A stretch of 24,000 nucleotides of DNA from Candidatus Dojkabacteria bacterium (GTDB lineage Bacteria > Patescibacteriota > Dojkabacteria > SC72 > T1SED10-24): contig PWFU01000101.1 of assembly GCA_003554185.1 (NCBI GenBank), positions 19,393 to 43,392 of the forward strand, in the 5' to 3' direction. Position 1 is the stretch's first letter. Each line of letters opens with the position of its first letter. The notes under the pieces were generated by a model. The model had not been told where the DNA came from, did not search any database, and saw only the letters and a list, made by a program, of their open reading frames with translations. Positions 1 to 8,094 of this stretch are shown one piece after another. The position numbers and the translations under genes were made by a program.

Positions 1-1
1 C

Positions 2-175
2 TCTCTAAAGGGAGGTAAAAATAGGGCAGCTGCTGTTGAGTTGGCTAAGAATTTTGCCAAAAAATTAAAAGAGAAGAAAATAGATAAAATAGTTTTTGAT
101 AGGGGCGGATACAAATATGCGGGAGTTGTAAAAGTAATGGTTGAAACTCTTAGAGAAGAGGGTATAATTGTCTAA
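2..175 (+). CDS. rplR: 50S ribosomal protein L18, 3' end (5' truncated by window edge)
   Basis: The frame is open from the window edge to TAA at 173-175. The translation ...[51 protein letters not shown] matches the conserved L18 C-terminus (FDRGGY.Y.G.V..L....RE.G). It lies directly upstream of rpsE, as in spc operons. Confidence 0.85.
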   Translation, partial: SLKGGKNRAAAVELAKNFAKKLKEKKIDKIVFDRGGYKYAGVVKVMVETLREEGIIV

Positions 176-191
176 TTTATAAAAAAGTCTT

Positions 192-893
192 ATGTTTAAG
201 GATAATAAAAATAATTCAAAATATGAAACTAGAACAGTTGATATTCGTAGGGTAGCAAAAGTTACTTCTGGGGCTAAGAGGTTGAGGTTTAGTGCTATTG
301 TAGTAGCTGGTGACAGAAAAGGTTTAGTAGGTGTAGGTTTGGGTAGGGGAAATGATACTCGTAGTGCGATAAATAAAGGGGTTAACGTTGCTACTAAAAA
401 TATGAAAAAGGTTCAATTGGTGGGTGATACAATACCCCACGAGGTTCTTATGAAGGAAGGTGCAGCAAAGATATTGTTAAGACCAGCGAGACCAGGTACA
501 GGGATTATTGCAGGTCCTTCGGCTAGAGCTGTATTAGAATTGGCTGGAGTGGAAAATGTCTATGCAAAAATTCTCGGGTCAAATAATCTTGTGGCTAACA
601 CCTATTGTACTTTTGAAGCGTTAAAATCCTTAAGAAATGAAAGGGTGTTAGACAAAATGAATAAAATGAAGGAGAGGATTGGTTTGAAAGAAGAGTTAGA
701 TAAAGAAAGGAAGAAAAAAGAAGATAAGAAGAAAAAGGAGAAGGAGAAGGAGAAGAAGAAGAAAAGCAAGAAGCAAAGTAGAAAAGTGGAAACTCAGAAG
801 AGATCAAAAACCAGAAGGAAACCTAATAATGTTAAAAAAGATAATATAAAGAAATCTGATAAGAATGAAACTGGAAAAAATACCAAAACGTAA
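192..893 (+). CDS. rpsE: 30S ribosomal protein S5 with a ~60-aa Lys/Glu-rich C-terminal extension
   Basis: 233-aa ORF. The N-terminal ~165 aa are canonical S5 (RVAKVTSGAKRLRFSAIVVAGD, GTGIIAGPSARAVLELAGVENVYAKILGS). Gene order is L18-S5-L15. The tail from about aa 170 is low-complexity K/E/R. Confidence 0.9.
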   Translation: MFKDNKNNSKYETRTVDIRRVAKVTSGAKRLRFSAIVVAGDRKGLVGVGLGRGNDTRSAINKGVNVATKNMKKVQLVGDTIPHEVLMKEGAAKILLRPARPGTGIIAGPSARAVLELAGVENVYAKILGSNNLVANTYCTFEALKSLRNERVLDKMNKMKERIGLKEELDKERKKKEDKKKKEKEKEKKKKSKKQSRKVETQKRSKTRRKPNNVKKDNIKKSDKNETGKNTKT

Positions 894-1308
894 GAAACGA
901 AGATATGTCGGTAAGAGAGTTGGACGTGGATATGGCTCTGGTGTTGGTGGGCATACATCTGGTCGTGGTGAGAAAGGGCAGAAGTCTAGAAGTGGACACA
1001 AATCCATGGCGTTATTTGCAGGAGGTGACCGCCCTTTCCATAGAAAGACTCCTAAGTATAGGGGTTTTAAAAAGAAAGACAAGGTTGTGTATACTGCGGT
1101 CAATCTGTCTGATTTAGATAGATGTTTTAAATCAGGCGAGAAGGTTAATATAGATACATTGAAAGAGAAAAAGCTTATTGGAAAGAGAGATAGTAGTGTT
1201 AAGATATTAGGCAAGGGGCAGTTAAATAAGAAGATTGTGGTACAGAGTATACAAACCTCACAGTCTGCCCGTGAGGCTATTGAAAAGGCTGGAGGTGAAT
1301 TGGAGTAA
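865..1308 (+). CDS. rplO: 50S ribosomal protein L15
   Basis: 147-aa ORF with MKLEKIP..KRVGRGYGSGVGGHTSGRGEKGQKSRSG, the L15 glycine-rich N-terminal signature. Its start overlaps the rpsE tail by 29 nt, and secY follows. Confidence 0.9.
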   Translation: MKLEKIPKRKKRRYVGKRVGRGYGSGVGGHTSGRGEKGQKSRSGHKSMALFAGGDRPFHRKTPKYRGFKKKDKVVYTAVNLSDLDRCFKSGEKVNIDTLKEKKLIGKRDSSVKILGKGQLNKKIVVQSIQTSQSAREAIEKAGGELE

Positions 1309-1333
1309 TATTTGAAAAAGGTTGTTTAGAAAC

Positions 1334-2593
1334 ATGTTAGAGGGTATAAAAGCGTTTTATAATTCTTTTATGAGATCTGCAGAAATTAGAAAGAAGATTC
1401 TTTTTACTCTTTTAATTTTTGTAATATTTAGATTACTTGCTACCGTACCTGTAGTTGGAATCCCGAGAGAGGCTTTGGAAGAGTTGTTTGCTCAAAGTGG
1501 GTTTTTTGAAGTTGTCTCTACTGTATCAGGGGGAGTTTTAGAAACAGCTTCTCTGGTAGCGGTTGGTTTAATTCCATATATTAATGCATCAATTATATTC
1601 CAACTTTTGTCTGCTGTTGTTCCGAAGTTGAAAGAGATAAAGAAGGAGGGATCTCAAGGACAAAGAAAAATTAATATGTATACTAGGTATTTGGCCCTAC
1701 CTTTGGCTTTTATGCAATCTTTTGTTATTTATTCGACTCTTAGGGGTTTTGGTTTGGTTGGAGAGTTAGCTCCTTTAGAGCTTCTGGCTATGGCTATAAC
1801 TTTGACGGGTGGAGCTATGGTTATGATGTGGTTGGGTGAGTTGGTAACTGAAAGTGGTTTAAGTAATGGTATTTCTTTCTTGATTTTTGCTGGTATCGTT
1901 TCAATGCTTCCGAGTGGTTTAATCCAGAATTTTCAATATATGGATACACTTGAAAGAACGGTTGTTATAATTATTTTTGCTTTGATATTTGCTGCTGTTG
2001 TTTATGTGAATCAGGGTGAAAGGAGGATTAAGGTATTATATTCTAGACGCGGGAAGAATGGTGCTTCGATGGAAAATTACTTACCTATTAAATTGATTCA
2101 ATTTGGTGTTTTACCTGTTATTTTTGCTATGTCTCTTGTTTCTTTCCCGCAGTTGATAGCACAATTTTTTGTTGCCAGAGAGATTTTTACTGAACAAGCA
2201 AGTACTATGCTTTATCTTTTAGCAAATCCTTATATAGAAAATTTGACAATATTTCTTTTTGTTGTAGGATTCTCTTTCTTTTATATAACTATAGTTTTTA
2301 ATACACAGGAATTGGCTGAGAATCTTCAAAAACAAGGAGCATTTATATCAGGAATTAGACCAGGAAGAGCTACTGCTGAATATTTAAGAAAAGTCTCTTT
2401 TAGATTAACTACAGTTGGAGCTTTGTTTTTGGGTTTGATTGCCATATTACCAAACATATTAGTTCATGTAGGTATTATACAAACAATGCTTATATCCGGT
2501 ACAGGCTTGTTAATTGCTGTATCAGTATGTTTGGAGATGAAGAGGAAATATGAAGCTTTAATGGTTGTTAGAAGCTATGATAAGTATATTTGA
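1334..2593 (+). CDS. secY: Preprotein translocase subunit SecY
   Basis: Polytopic membrane protein of about 420 aa in the canonical L15-SecY-Adk position, with typical SecY segments (IPYINASIIFQLL, GISFLIFAGIV). The ATG is at 1334; an in-frame TTG at 1322 is an alternative start. The stop is TGA. Confidence 0.9.
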   Translation: MLEGIKAFYNSFMRSAEIRKKILFTLLIFVIFRLLATVPVVGIPREALEELFAQSGFFEVVSTVSGGVLETASLVAVGLIPYINASIIFQLLSAVVPKLKEIKKEGSQGQRKINMYTRYLALPLAFMQSFVIYSTLRGFGLVGELAPLELLAMAITLTGGAMVMMWLGELVTESGLSNGISFLIFAGIVSMLPSGLIQNFQYMDTLERTVVIIIFALIFAAVVYVNQGERRIKVLYSRRGKNGASMENYLPIKLIQFGVLPVIFAMSLVSFPQLIAQFFVAREIFTEQASTMLYLLANPYIENLTIFLFVVGFSFFYITIVFNTQELAENLQKQGAFISGIRPGRATAEYLRKVSFRLTTVGALFLGLIAILPNILVHVGIIQTMLISGTGLLIAVSVCLEMKRKYEALMVVRSYDKYI

Positions 2594-2605
2594 TATTTTA
2601 TTATT

Positions 2606-3250
2606 ATGCCTTTAACCGTATTGATTCATGGTCCAGCTGGCTCTGGAAAGGATACTCAGGTTGATTTGTTAAAAGATCAATTTGATTTTGAAAAGATAGG
2701 TACTGGGGATATGTTTCGTTCTTTGGCAGATTCGAATAAAGATGTTCGTGATAGTATAAATAAGGGTGATTTTGTATCTTCGGAATTGACATATCAGCTT
2801 TTAAAGGATTGGGTTTCGACTTATGATACAAAAAAAAATTGGTTTTTTGTTTCTGTTGTAAGAACACCTGACCAAGTCGATTTGTTGGATGAACTTTTGA
2901 AAGATTACGGAAGGAGTTTAGATTTATTTTTGCATCTCAAAATATCTGAGGAAGAAGCCGTAGAGAGAATGTCTTTGAGAAAAACTTGCGAGGCCTGTGG
3001 TAGGGTTTACCATGAAAAATATAACAGGGAGAGAAATTATGGTATTTGTAATGATGATGGAGGAAGTTTATTTGTTCGGGAGGATGATAAACCAGAGGCT
3101 ATTAAACGTCGTTTAGAGGAGTATAATAGGACGATAGAACCTATTTTGGAGAAATACAAGACAAGGGGCATTTTTGTTGAAATAGATGGGTCAAGATCCA
3201 TACAAGAGATTCATGGCGAAATAGTGGACATTTTAAAGGAAAAATGTTAA
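2606..3250 (+). CDS. adk: Adenylate kinase (Cys3-Asp zinc-lid type)
   Basis: 214 aa with P-loop GPAGSGKDTQ and lid CEACGRVYH..x..CNDDGG (C-x2-C-x16-C-x2-D). Follows secY. Confidence 0.9.
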   Translation: MPLTVLIHGPAGSGKDTQVDLLKDQFDFEKIGTGDMFRSLADSNKDVRDSINKGDFVSSELTYQLLKDWVSTYDTKKNWFFVSVVRTPDQVDLLDELLKDYGRSLDLFLHLKISEEEAVERMSLRKTCEACGRVYHEKYNRERNYGICNDDGGSLFVREDDKPEAIKRRLEEYNRTIEPILEKYKTRGIFVEIDGSRSIQEIHGEIVDILKEKC

Positions 3251-3288
3251 CATCTCTGCACTCTTTTTAAGGTGCTGGGTTGCAAAAA

Positions 3289-3317
3289 TTGCGTTGTTGG
3301 GTGTACTTTGCTATAAT
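3289..3317 (+). promoter_or_regulatory. Candidate sigma70-type promoter for infA-rpmJ-rpsM... (extended -10)
   Basis: -35 ttgcgt (3289-3294), 17-nt spacer, TGc at 3309-3311, then a perfect -10 tataat (3312-3317). It sits in the 118-nt adk-infA spacer. Confidence 0.35.
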
Positions 3318-3368
3318 CCACAGGATTTTTGATTTAGTATTATTTAGAGCTGTGTTTTACGTTTAAAT

Positions 3369-3602
3369 ATGGAAAAGGAAAGTAAAAAAGTTATTGAAGT
3401 GGATGGGGTTGTAAAGGAATGTTTACCTAATACGCAGTTTGTTGTAGAAATCGCGTTTGAAGATAAGACACGTGAGGTTGTTGGTTATCTGTCGGGAAAA
3501 ATGCGAATGCACTATATTCGTATTTTGGAAGGAGACAAGGTGAGATTACAATTGACCCCGTATGATAAAGAGAGGGGACGTATAGTATATAGATATAAGT
3601 AA
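3369..3602 (+). CDS. infA: Translation initiation factor IF-1
   Basis: 77 aa with S1-like OB-fold sequence (VDGVVKECLPNTQFVVEI...GKMRMHYIRILEGDKVRLQLTPYD..RGRIVYRYK). Confidence 0.92.
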   Translation: MEKESKKVIEVDGVVKECLPNTQFVVEIAFEDKTREVVGYLSGKMRMHYIRILEGDKVRLQLTPYDKERGRIVYRYK

Positions 3603-3605
3603 TTT

Positions 3606-3722
3606 ATGAGAGTTCAAGCATCTGTTACAAAAAGATGTCCGCGTTGTTATGTTGTGCGGAGAAAGGGAAGACTTTATGTCTATTGTAAAAGAGATCCAAG
3701 ACATAAGCAAAGGCAAGGTTAA
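3606..3722 (+). CDS. rpmJ: 50S ribosomal protein L36 (zinc-ribbon form)
   Basis: Not in the supplied ORF track. ATG at 3606, TAA at 3720-3722, translation [38 protein letters not shown] (38 aa). C-x2-C-x12-C-x5-H pattern. Canonical infA-rpmJ-rpsM position. Confidence 0.9.
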   Translation: MRVQASVTKRCPRCYVVRRKGRLYVYCKRDPRHKQRQG

Positions 3723-3743
3723 TTAAATTTGTTTTAAATTTTT

Positions 3744-4127
3744 ATGGCAAGAGTAGCAGGAGTTGAAATACCAAATGAAAAAAAGTTGAAGATTGCCTTA
3801 ACCTATATATACGGTATAGGAAAGGGACATGCTTTATCGGTTATTGAAAAAACAAAGTTAGATGGAGATAGGAGAGTCAAGGATTTATCTGAGGACGAGC
3901 TAGCTTTACTAAGAAAAGAAATAGAGTTAAATTATGAGGTAGAAGGTGAGTTAAAGCAAAAAAGATTTAGGAGTATTAAAAGATTGAAAGATATTCGCTG
4001 CTATAGGGGACTTAGGCATAAGCTAGGATTACCAGTGCGAGGACAAAGAACAAAGTGCAATGCTAGAACAAGAAAAGGAAGAGGTTTGGCTGTTGGAGGT
4101 TTAAAGCAGAAGGCAGCTAAAATTTAG
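3744..4127 (+). CDS. rpsM: 30S ribosomal protein S13
   Basis: 127 aa, MARVAGVEIPNEKKLKIALTYIYGIG... and C-terminal RGQRTK.NARTRKG. Alpha-operon order. Confidence 0.93.
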   Translation: MARVAGVEIPNEKKLKIALTYIYGIGKGHALSVIEKTKLDGDRRVKDLSEDELALLRKEIELNYEVEGELKQKRFRSIKRLKDIRCYRGLRHKLGLPVRGQRTKCNARTRKGRGLAVGGLKQKAAKI

Positions 4128-4152
4128 ATATTATTTAAATATATAGTATAAA

Positions 4153-4554
4153 GTGGTTAAAGATAAACAACCTGAAAAGAAGAAAAAAAGTAAATCAAAA
4201 AAGAATATAAGTTCTGGAATAGTTTCGGTGAAGGCTACGTTCAATAATACTGTTATTACTATTGCTGACAAGGAGGGGAATACTTTAGTTCAGGGAGGAC
4301 CTTCCAGACTTGGTTTTAAGGGTTCTAAGAAAAGCACGGCTTTTGCTGCGACCAAGGCTGCTAAGGAAGCTGCTCTTGAGGCAAATAAGAAATATGGTTT
4401 AAAGGAAGTGAAAGCATATATTCAAGGTGCAGGTGCAGGTAGAAACGCAGCTATTAAAGGTATAGATTCTGCTGGAATAAGAGTAACCACGTTAGTAGAT
4501 AAAACTGGTATACCACATAATGGTTGTACACCTAGGAAAAGGCCTAGGAAGTAA
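4153..4554 (+). CDS. rpsK: 30S ribosomal protein S11
   Basis: 133 aa with GTG start. Contains VKATFNNTVITIADKEGN...GFKGSKKSTAFAA..AA and C-terminal DKTGIPHNGCTPRKRPR. Confidence 0.93.
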   Translation: MVKDKQPEKKKKSKSKKNISSGIVSVKATFNNTVITIADKEGNTLVQGGPSRLGFKGSKKSTAFAATKAAKEAALEANKKYGLKEVKAYIQGAGAGRNAAIKGIDSAGIRVTTLVDKTGIPHNGCTPRKRPRK

Positions 4555-4577
4555 AATAAATTTTAATTTTTTGCTCA

Positions 4578-5189
4578 ATGGGTAGATATACAGGAGCGAA
4601 GGAAAAATTAAGTAGGCGAGAAGGAGTGAATTTGCATCTAAAGGGTGCAAGATCTTTTTCAGATAAAGCTGGTGTTAAAAGGCGTCCATTTCCTCCTGGG
4701 CAACATGGAAATAAAGCGAGAGTTAGGTTGTCAGATTACGGTAAACAATTACGAGAAAAACAAAAAGTAAAAAGAATGTATGGTTTGAGAGAAAAGCAGT
4801 TTAAAAACTTGTATCATGAAGCGGAGAGGCTATCAAAAATCTATAACACAGATAGAGGCTTTGAATTATTAAAACTGTTAGAGTTAAGATTGGATAATGT
4901 TGTATATGTTTCTGGTTTAGCTATTTCTCGTGGAGCAGCAAGGCAATATGTAAGTCATAAACATATTGAAGTAAATGGTAAAACGGTTTCTATCCCTTCA
5001 TATCAATTAAAAAAGGGGGATGAAATAAGGTTGAAAGAACTTAATTTGCTTCCTCAAGAAAGTTATTTTGAAGTGCCCAATTGGTTAGAGAAGGATAAAG
5101 TGGTTGTTAAAGTTTTAGAAGTTCCTACTCGAGAAGATATTGATGAAGGGATTAAAGAAAATCTAATTATTGAGTTTTACTCTAGATAA
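4578..5189 (+). CDS. rpsD: 30S ribosomal protein S4
   Basis: 203 aa, MGRYTGAKEKLSRREG...YGKQLREKQKVKRMYG, plus an S4 RNA-binding domain (RLDNVVYVSGLAISRGAARQYVSHKHIEVNGK). Confidence 0.93.
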   Translation: MGRYTGAKEKLSRREGVNLHLKGARSFSDKAGVKRRPFPPGQHGNKARVRLSDYGKQLREKQKVKRMYGLREKQFKNLYHEAERLSKIYNTDRGFELLKLLELRLDNVVYVSGLAISRGAARQYVSHKHIEVNGKTVSIPSYQLKKGDEIRLKELNLLPQESYFEVPNWLEKDKVVVKVLEVPTREDIDEGIKENLIIEFYSR

Positions 5190-5226
5190 TATAATAATAT
5201 TAACTTAATTTGATTAATTTTTAATT

Positions 5227-6186
5227 ATGGAATTTAAAGATATTAAAGTAAAAATAAAAGAAGAAGATGGTTACAAAGGCTTATATGAAATTTCTCCTTT
5301 GCCTAGAGGATATGGTCATACATTGGCAAATTCTTTGAGAAGGATATTGTTAGGCAGCTTAGGAGGTGGAGCTGTAACTCAAGTGAAGATAGATGGTGTA
5401 GAGCATGAATATACTGCAATGGATGGTCTTAAAGAAGATGTTTTGGAAATTTTGTTAAATATTAAAGGTTTGAAATTTAAAATAGAATCAGATGAACCAC
5501 AAGTTTGTAAGGTAGAGGCAAAGGGAGAAAAAATTGTAAAAGGTGAAGATGTAAAAACAGTTGGTGGTGTTGATGTTATGAACAAGGATGCGGTTATAGC
5601 TCATTTAACTGATAAAGCCGCCAAATTAGATATTGAAATGACTGTTGAGAAAGGTATAGGTTATCGTGAGGTAGAAGAAGACAATCGTAATGAAAAGGGT
5701 GTTTTTAAACTAGATGCCGATTTTACTCCAGTTGTTAATGTAACATATGATGTTTTGCAAGCTAGAAAGGGACAGCAGATGAATTTGGATAGCGTGGTTT
5801 TCACATTAGAAACAGACGGAAGTATAACTCCTCAGGCTGCTTTACTAAAATCTAGTGAAATTCTTCAAGATTTTGCAGGTAAGGTAATGGCTGCTCTTGG
5901 GGTGCCTGTAGATGAAGTTGCGGAGAGAGCTGAGTCTTCTAGAGTGATTGATACGTTAGAAGATCCCGAGGAAGTTGAGGATGAGTTAGATGCTTGGAAA
6001 ATTGAGGATTTGCAGATTTCTAAGCGTACAAAAACAGGTTTGATTTCAGGAGGGTATAAGACGATTGGGGATCTTCGAAATGCTACTCGACAGTCTCTTT
6101 TGACTTTGCCAGGATTTGGGAATAAATCATTTAATGAGATTTATGAGGTTTTAAAGCAATATAATATTGAAGTGAAGAATGAGTAA
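5227..6186 (+). CDS. rpoA: DNA-directed RNA polymerase subunit alpha
   Basis: 319 aa. The N-terminal domain carries PLPRGYGHTLANSLRRILL. An acidic linker precedes a helix-hairpin-helix C-terminal domain (LQISKRTKTGL...LPGFGNKSFNEI). Lies between rpsD and rplQ. Confidence 0.92.
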   Translation: MEFKDIKVKIKEEDGYKGLYEISPLPRGYGHTLANSLRRILLGSLGGGAVTQVKIDGVEHEYTAMDGLKEDVLEILLNIKGLKFKIESDEPQVCKVEAKGEKIVKGEDVKTVGGVDVMNKDAVIAHLTDKAAKLDIEMTVEKGIGYREVEEDNRNEKGVFKLDADFTPVVNVTYDVLQARKGQQMNLDSVVFTLETDGSITPQAALLKSSEILQDFAGKVMAALGVPVDEVAERAESSRVIDTLEDPEEVEDELDAWKIEDLQISKRTKTGLISGGYKTIGDLRNATRQSLLTLPGFGNKSFNEIYEVLKQYNIEVKNE

Positions 6187-6743
6187 TGGCTAAAAAGGGT
6201 ATCAGAAAAAAATTAGGCAGGAGAAAAGCTCACAGGGAAGCTTTGAAACGGAATCAGCTACGCTCAATATTTACTTATGGGTATATTACTACTACAACAC
6301 CTAAAGCTAAGATGCTCAAAAGTAAAGTTGAAGAATTTTTAAATGGTATAGGGAAAGAGACTCTTGAAGCTAATAGAGATATGCATGCAGTTCTTGGTAA
6401 AAAGGATCTTGTTAATAATGCGCGCAAGTATATTAAAGAAGGTGAAGGTAAGGTAAGAATCGTACGTATTGGCTTTAGAGATGGTGATGCTGCTGAAATT
6501 TCGAAACTATTTTTATCTGGTTATGAAAATGTTTTTGATGAGCATAAGCCCAAATCAAAACAGAGTAAAAAACCTACTGCATCAAAGAAACAAGAGAAAA
6601 CGGAAAGCAAAGAACCCGAAAGAATAGTAGAAAAGGATGAAGACAAAGAGAAAGTCGATAAAGATTTCATGAATAAAGCAAATACAAAGCTAAAAGGTCA
6701 GTTCAGCAAAAAAGAAAAAGCAAGAAGAAGATCTGGAATATAG
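6186..6743 (+). CDS. rplQ: 50S ribosomal protein L17 with a ~65-aa Lys/Glu-rich C-terminal extension
   Basis: 185 aa. The N-terminus (KLGRRKAHREALKRNQLRSIF..GYITTTTPKAKMLKSKVE) and VRIVRIGFRDGDAAE match L17. The start overlaps the rpoA stop (ATG at 6186). The tail from about aa 120 is K/E/S low-complexity. Confidence 0.85.
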   Translation: MAKKGIRKKLGRRKAHREALKRNQLRSIFTYGYITTTTPKAKMLKSKVEEFLNGIGKETLEANRDMHAVLGKKDLVNNARKYIKEGEGKVRIVRIGFRDGDAAEISKLFLSGYENVFDEHKPKSKQSKKPTASKKQEKTESKEPERIVEKDEDKEKVDKDFMNKANTKLKGQFSKKEKARRRSGI

Positions 6744-6767
6744 TTGATAAATTTTAATTTTTAATAT

Positions 6768-7202
6768 ATGAAATATAAAACGGATTGGACAAAACCTAAG
6801 GATATTAATCGTAAATGGTATGTAGTTGATGTAAAAGACAAAGTTTTAGGTAGAGTGGCAACAGAAATAGCTTCTTTGTTAATTGGCAAAGAAAAAGTTG
6901 AACAGGTACCCAATGTAGATTGTGGAGATTTTGTGATAGTTTTGAATAGCAGTAAGGTTAAGCTTACCAGAGGAAAGGAGAAGAAGAAAAAATACTACAG
7001 ACATAGCGGTTATCCTGGAGGTCTTAAGGAAATAACTTTTGATAAACAAATGAGTAAGAACCCTAATTTTGTTATAGAAAATGCTGTTAAAAAAATGCTG
7101 CCTAAAAATAAATTACGAGATAATAGAATGCAAAGGTTATTTGTGTACGAAGAGGAAAAACATCCTCACGAGGCTCAAAAGCCTGAAGTTTTTAAATTGT
7201 AA
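6768..7202 (+). CDS. rplM: 50S ribosomal protein L13
   Basis: 144 aa with RKWYVVDVKDKVLGRVATEIASLL.GK and YYRHSGYPGG. rplM-rpsI pair. Confidence 0.92.
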   Translation: MKYKTDWTKPKDINRKWYVVDVKDKVLGRVATEIASLLIGKEKVEQVPNVDCGDFVIVLNSSKVKLTRGKEKKKKYYRHSGYPGGLKEITFDKQMSKNPNFVIENAVKKMLPKNKLRDNRMQRLFVYEEEKHPHEAQKPEVFKL

Positions 7203-7213
7203 AGTATACAGAT

Positions 7214-7612
7214 GTGAATAAAAAGAAAGATTATATAGAGGCTGTTGGAAGAAGAAAGTCAGCTGTTGCGAGAGTTAGACTTTATACTGGAAAGTCTGCT
7301 TCTAGCATCAATGGGAAACCTCTAGATGGATATTTTACTAGTGAACATAAAGTGCATAAATTATTAAAACCGTTAAAAGTTACAGGATTAGAAGGTAAGT
7401 ACTATATTACTGTACAAGTTAAAGGTGGTGGCTCAACAGGGCAGTTGGAGGCAATCCAACTTGGGTTGGCTAGGGCATTATATAAAAATGATCCTGCGTT
7501 GAAACCCGAGCTAAGGAAATGGGGTCTTGTGACAAGAGATTCTAGAATGCCTGAAAGTAAGAAGTATGATAGGGTTAAGGCTAGAAAGAGCCCGCAATTT
7601 TCAAAGAGATAG
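7214..7612 (+). CDS. rpsI: 30S ribosomal protein S9
   Basis: 132 aa with GTG start. Contains GRRKSAVARVRL, VKGGGSTGQLEAIQLGLARAL and C-terminal RD.R..E.KKYDRVKARKSPQFSKR. Confidence 0.92.
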   Translation: MNKKKDYIEAVGRRKSAVARVRLYTGKSASSINGKPLDGYFTSEHKVHKLLKPLKVTGLEGKYYITVQVKGGGSTGQLEAIQLGLARALYKNDPALKPELRKWGLVTRDSRMPESKKYDRVKARKSPQFSKR

Positions 7613-7648
7613 TTATTATTCATTAATAAGATTTTAATCGCAGTTTTG

Positions 7649-8041
7649 ATGGCTTTTCGTTCCAATGCAAAAGCGGAAATAAAAATTAGGGCAGGTTTTA
7701 GAAGTGAGCTAAGTGGTGAGGAAAGTAGATTCTTGCATGCTGCTCACCTTGACCACAGTAAAGATGATTCTTATACAGATGTCGATAGGGGAATATTGGT
7801 AACTGATATCGAACATTATGCGCATCATTATCTTTTTAAAAATTCTCCCGGGTTAATAGGTCTAAGTAAAAAGGAAAACCGCAGAGCTTTAAAATCTTTG
7901 TACCAAGAAATATTGGCATATCATCCCTATGAAAAAAGTTTGGTGGAAATAACGCGTGAGTTTAATGAAGCTTTAGAAAGATGGCATAATTTTTATGCTT
8001 TTGAAGAGTTGGACGGTGAATATTTTATGGAATCAATGTAA
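7649..8041 (+). CDS. Hypothetical protein with a degenerate, cysteine-less HNH (His-Me finger)-like N-terminal region
   Basis: 130-131 aa (ATG 7649; in-frame TTG 7646). AGFRSELSGEE..LHAAHLDHSKDDS..GILVTDIEHYAHH parallels the phage-type HNH pattern C..CG....HHID.N..NN...NL..LC..CH...H. All four zinc cysteines are replaced. The C-terminal half is helical and unassigned. Confidence 0.5.
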   Translation: MAFRSNAKAEIKIRAGFRSELSGEESRFLHAAHLDHSKDDSYTDVDRGILVTDIEHYAHHYLFKNSPGLIGLSKKENRRALKSLYQEILAYHPYEKSLVEITREFNEALERWHNFYAFEELDGEYFMESM

Positions 8042-8082
8042 AATCTTCATAATATGTTATTATCTAAATACGAGTTATTTTA

Positions 8083-8088
8083 TATAAT
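8083..8088 (+). promoter_or_regulatory. Candidate -10 box placing the TSS on the metK start codon (leaderless geometry)
   Basis: Perfect tataat at 8083-8088. Six nt (aaagtt) separate it from ATG 8095, so the A of the ATG is 7 nt after the -10. The -35 is weak (ttatct) and there is no SD. Confidence 0.3.
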
Positions 8089-8094
8089 AAAGTT

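Noticed and set aside
804-1214. 136-aa minus-strand ORF, and the 70-aa + strand ORF at 905-1117
   Set aside because: One is antisense and the other out of frame to the well-supported rpsE tail and rplO. The F/S/L/P-rich translation is typical of the reverse complement of K/E/G-rich coding sequence.
7609-8080. Short direct repeat (agttatt) flanking the HNH-like ORF, a possible insertion target duplication
   Set aside because: A 7-nt A/T-rich match is not statistically meaningful in this sequence, and no inverted repeats or other mobile-element boundaries are present.
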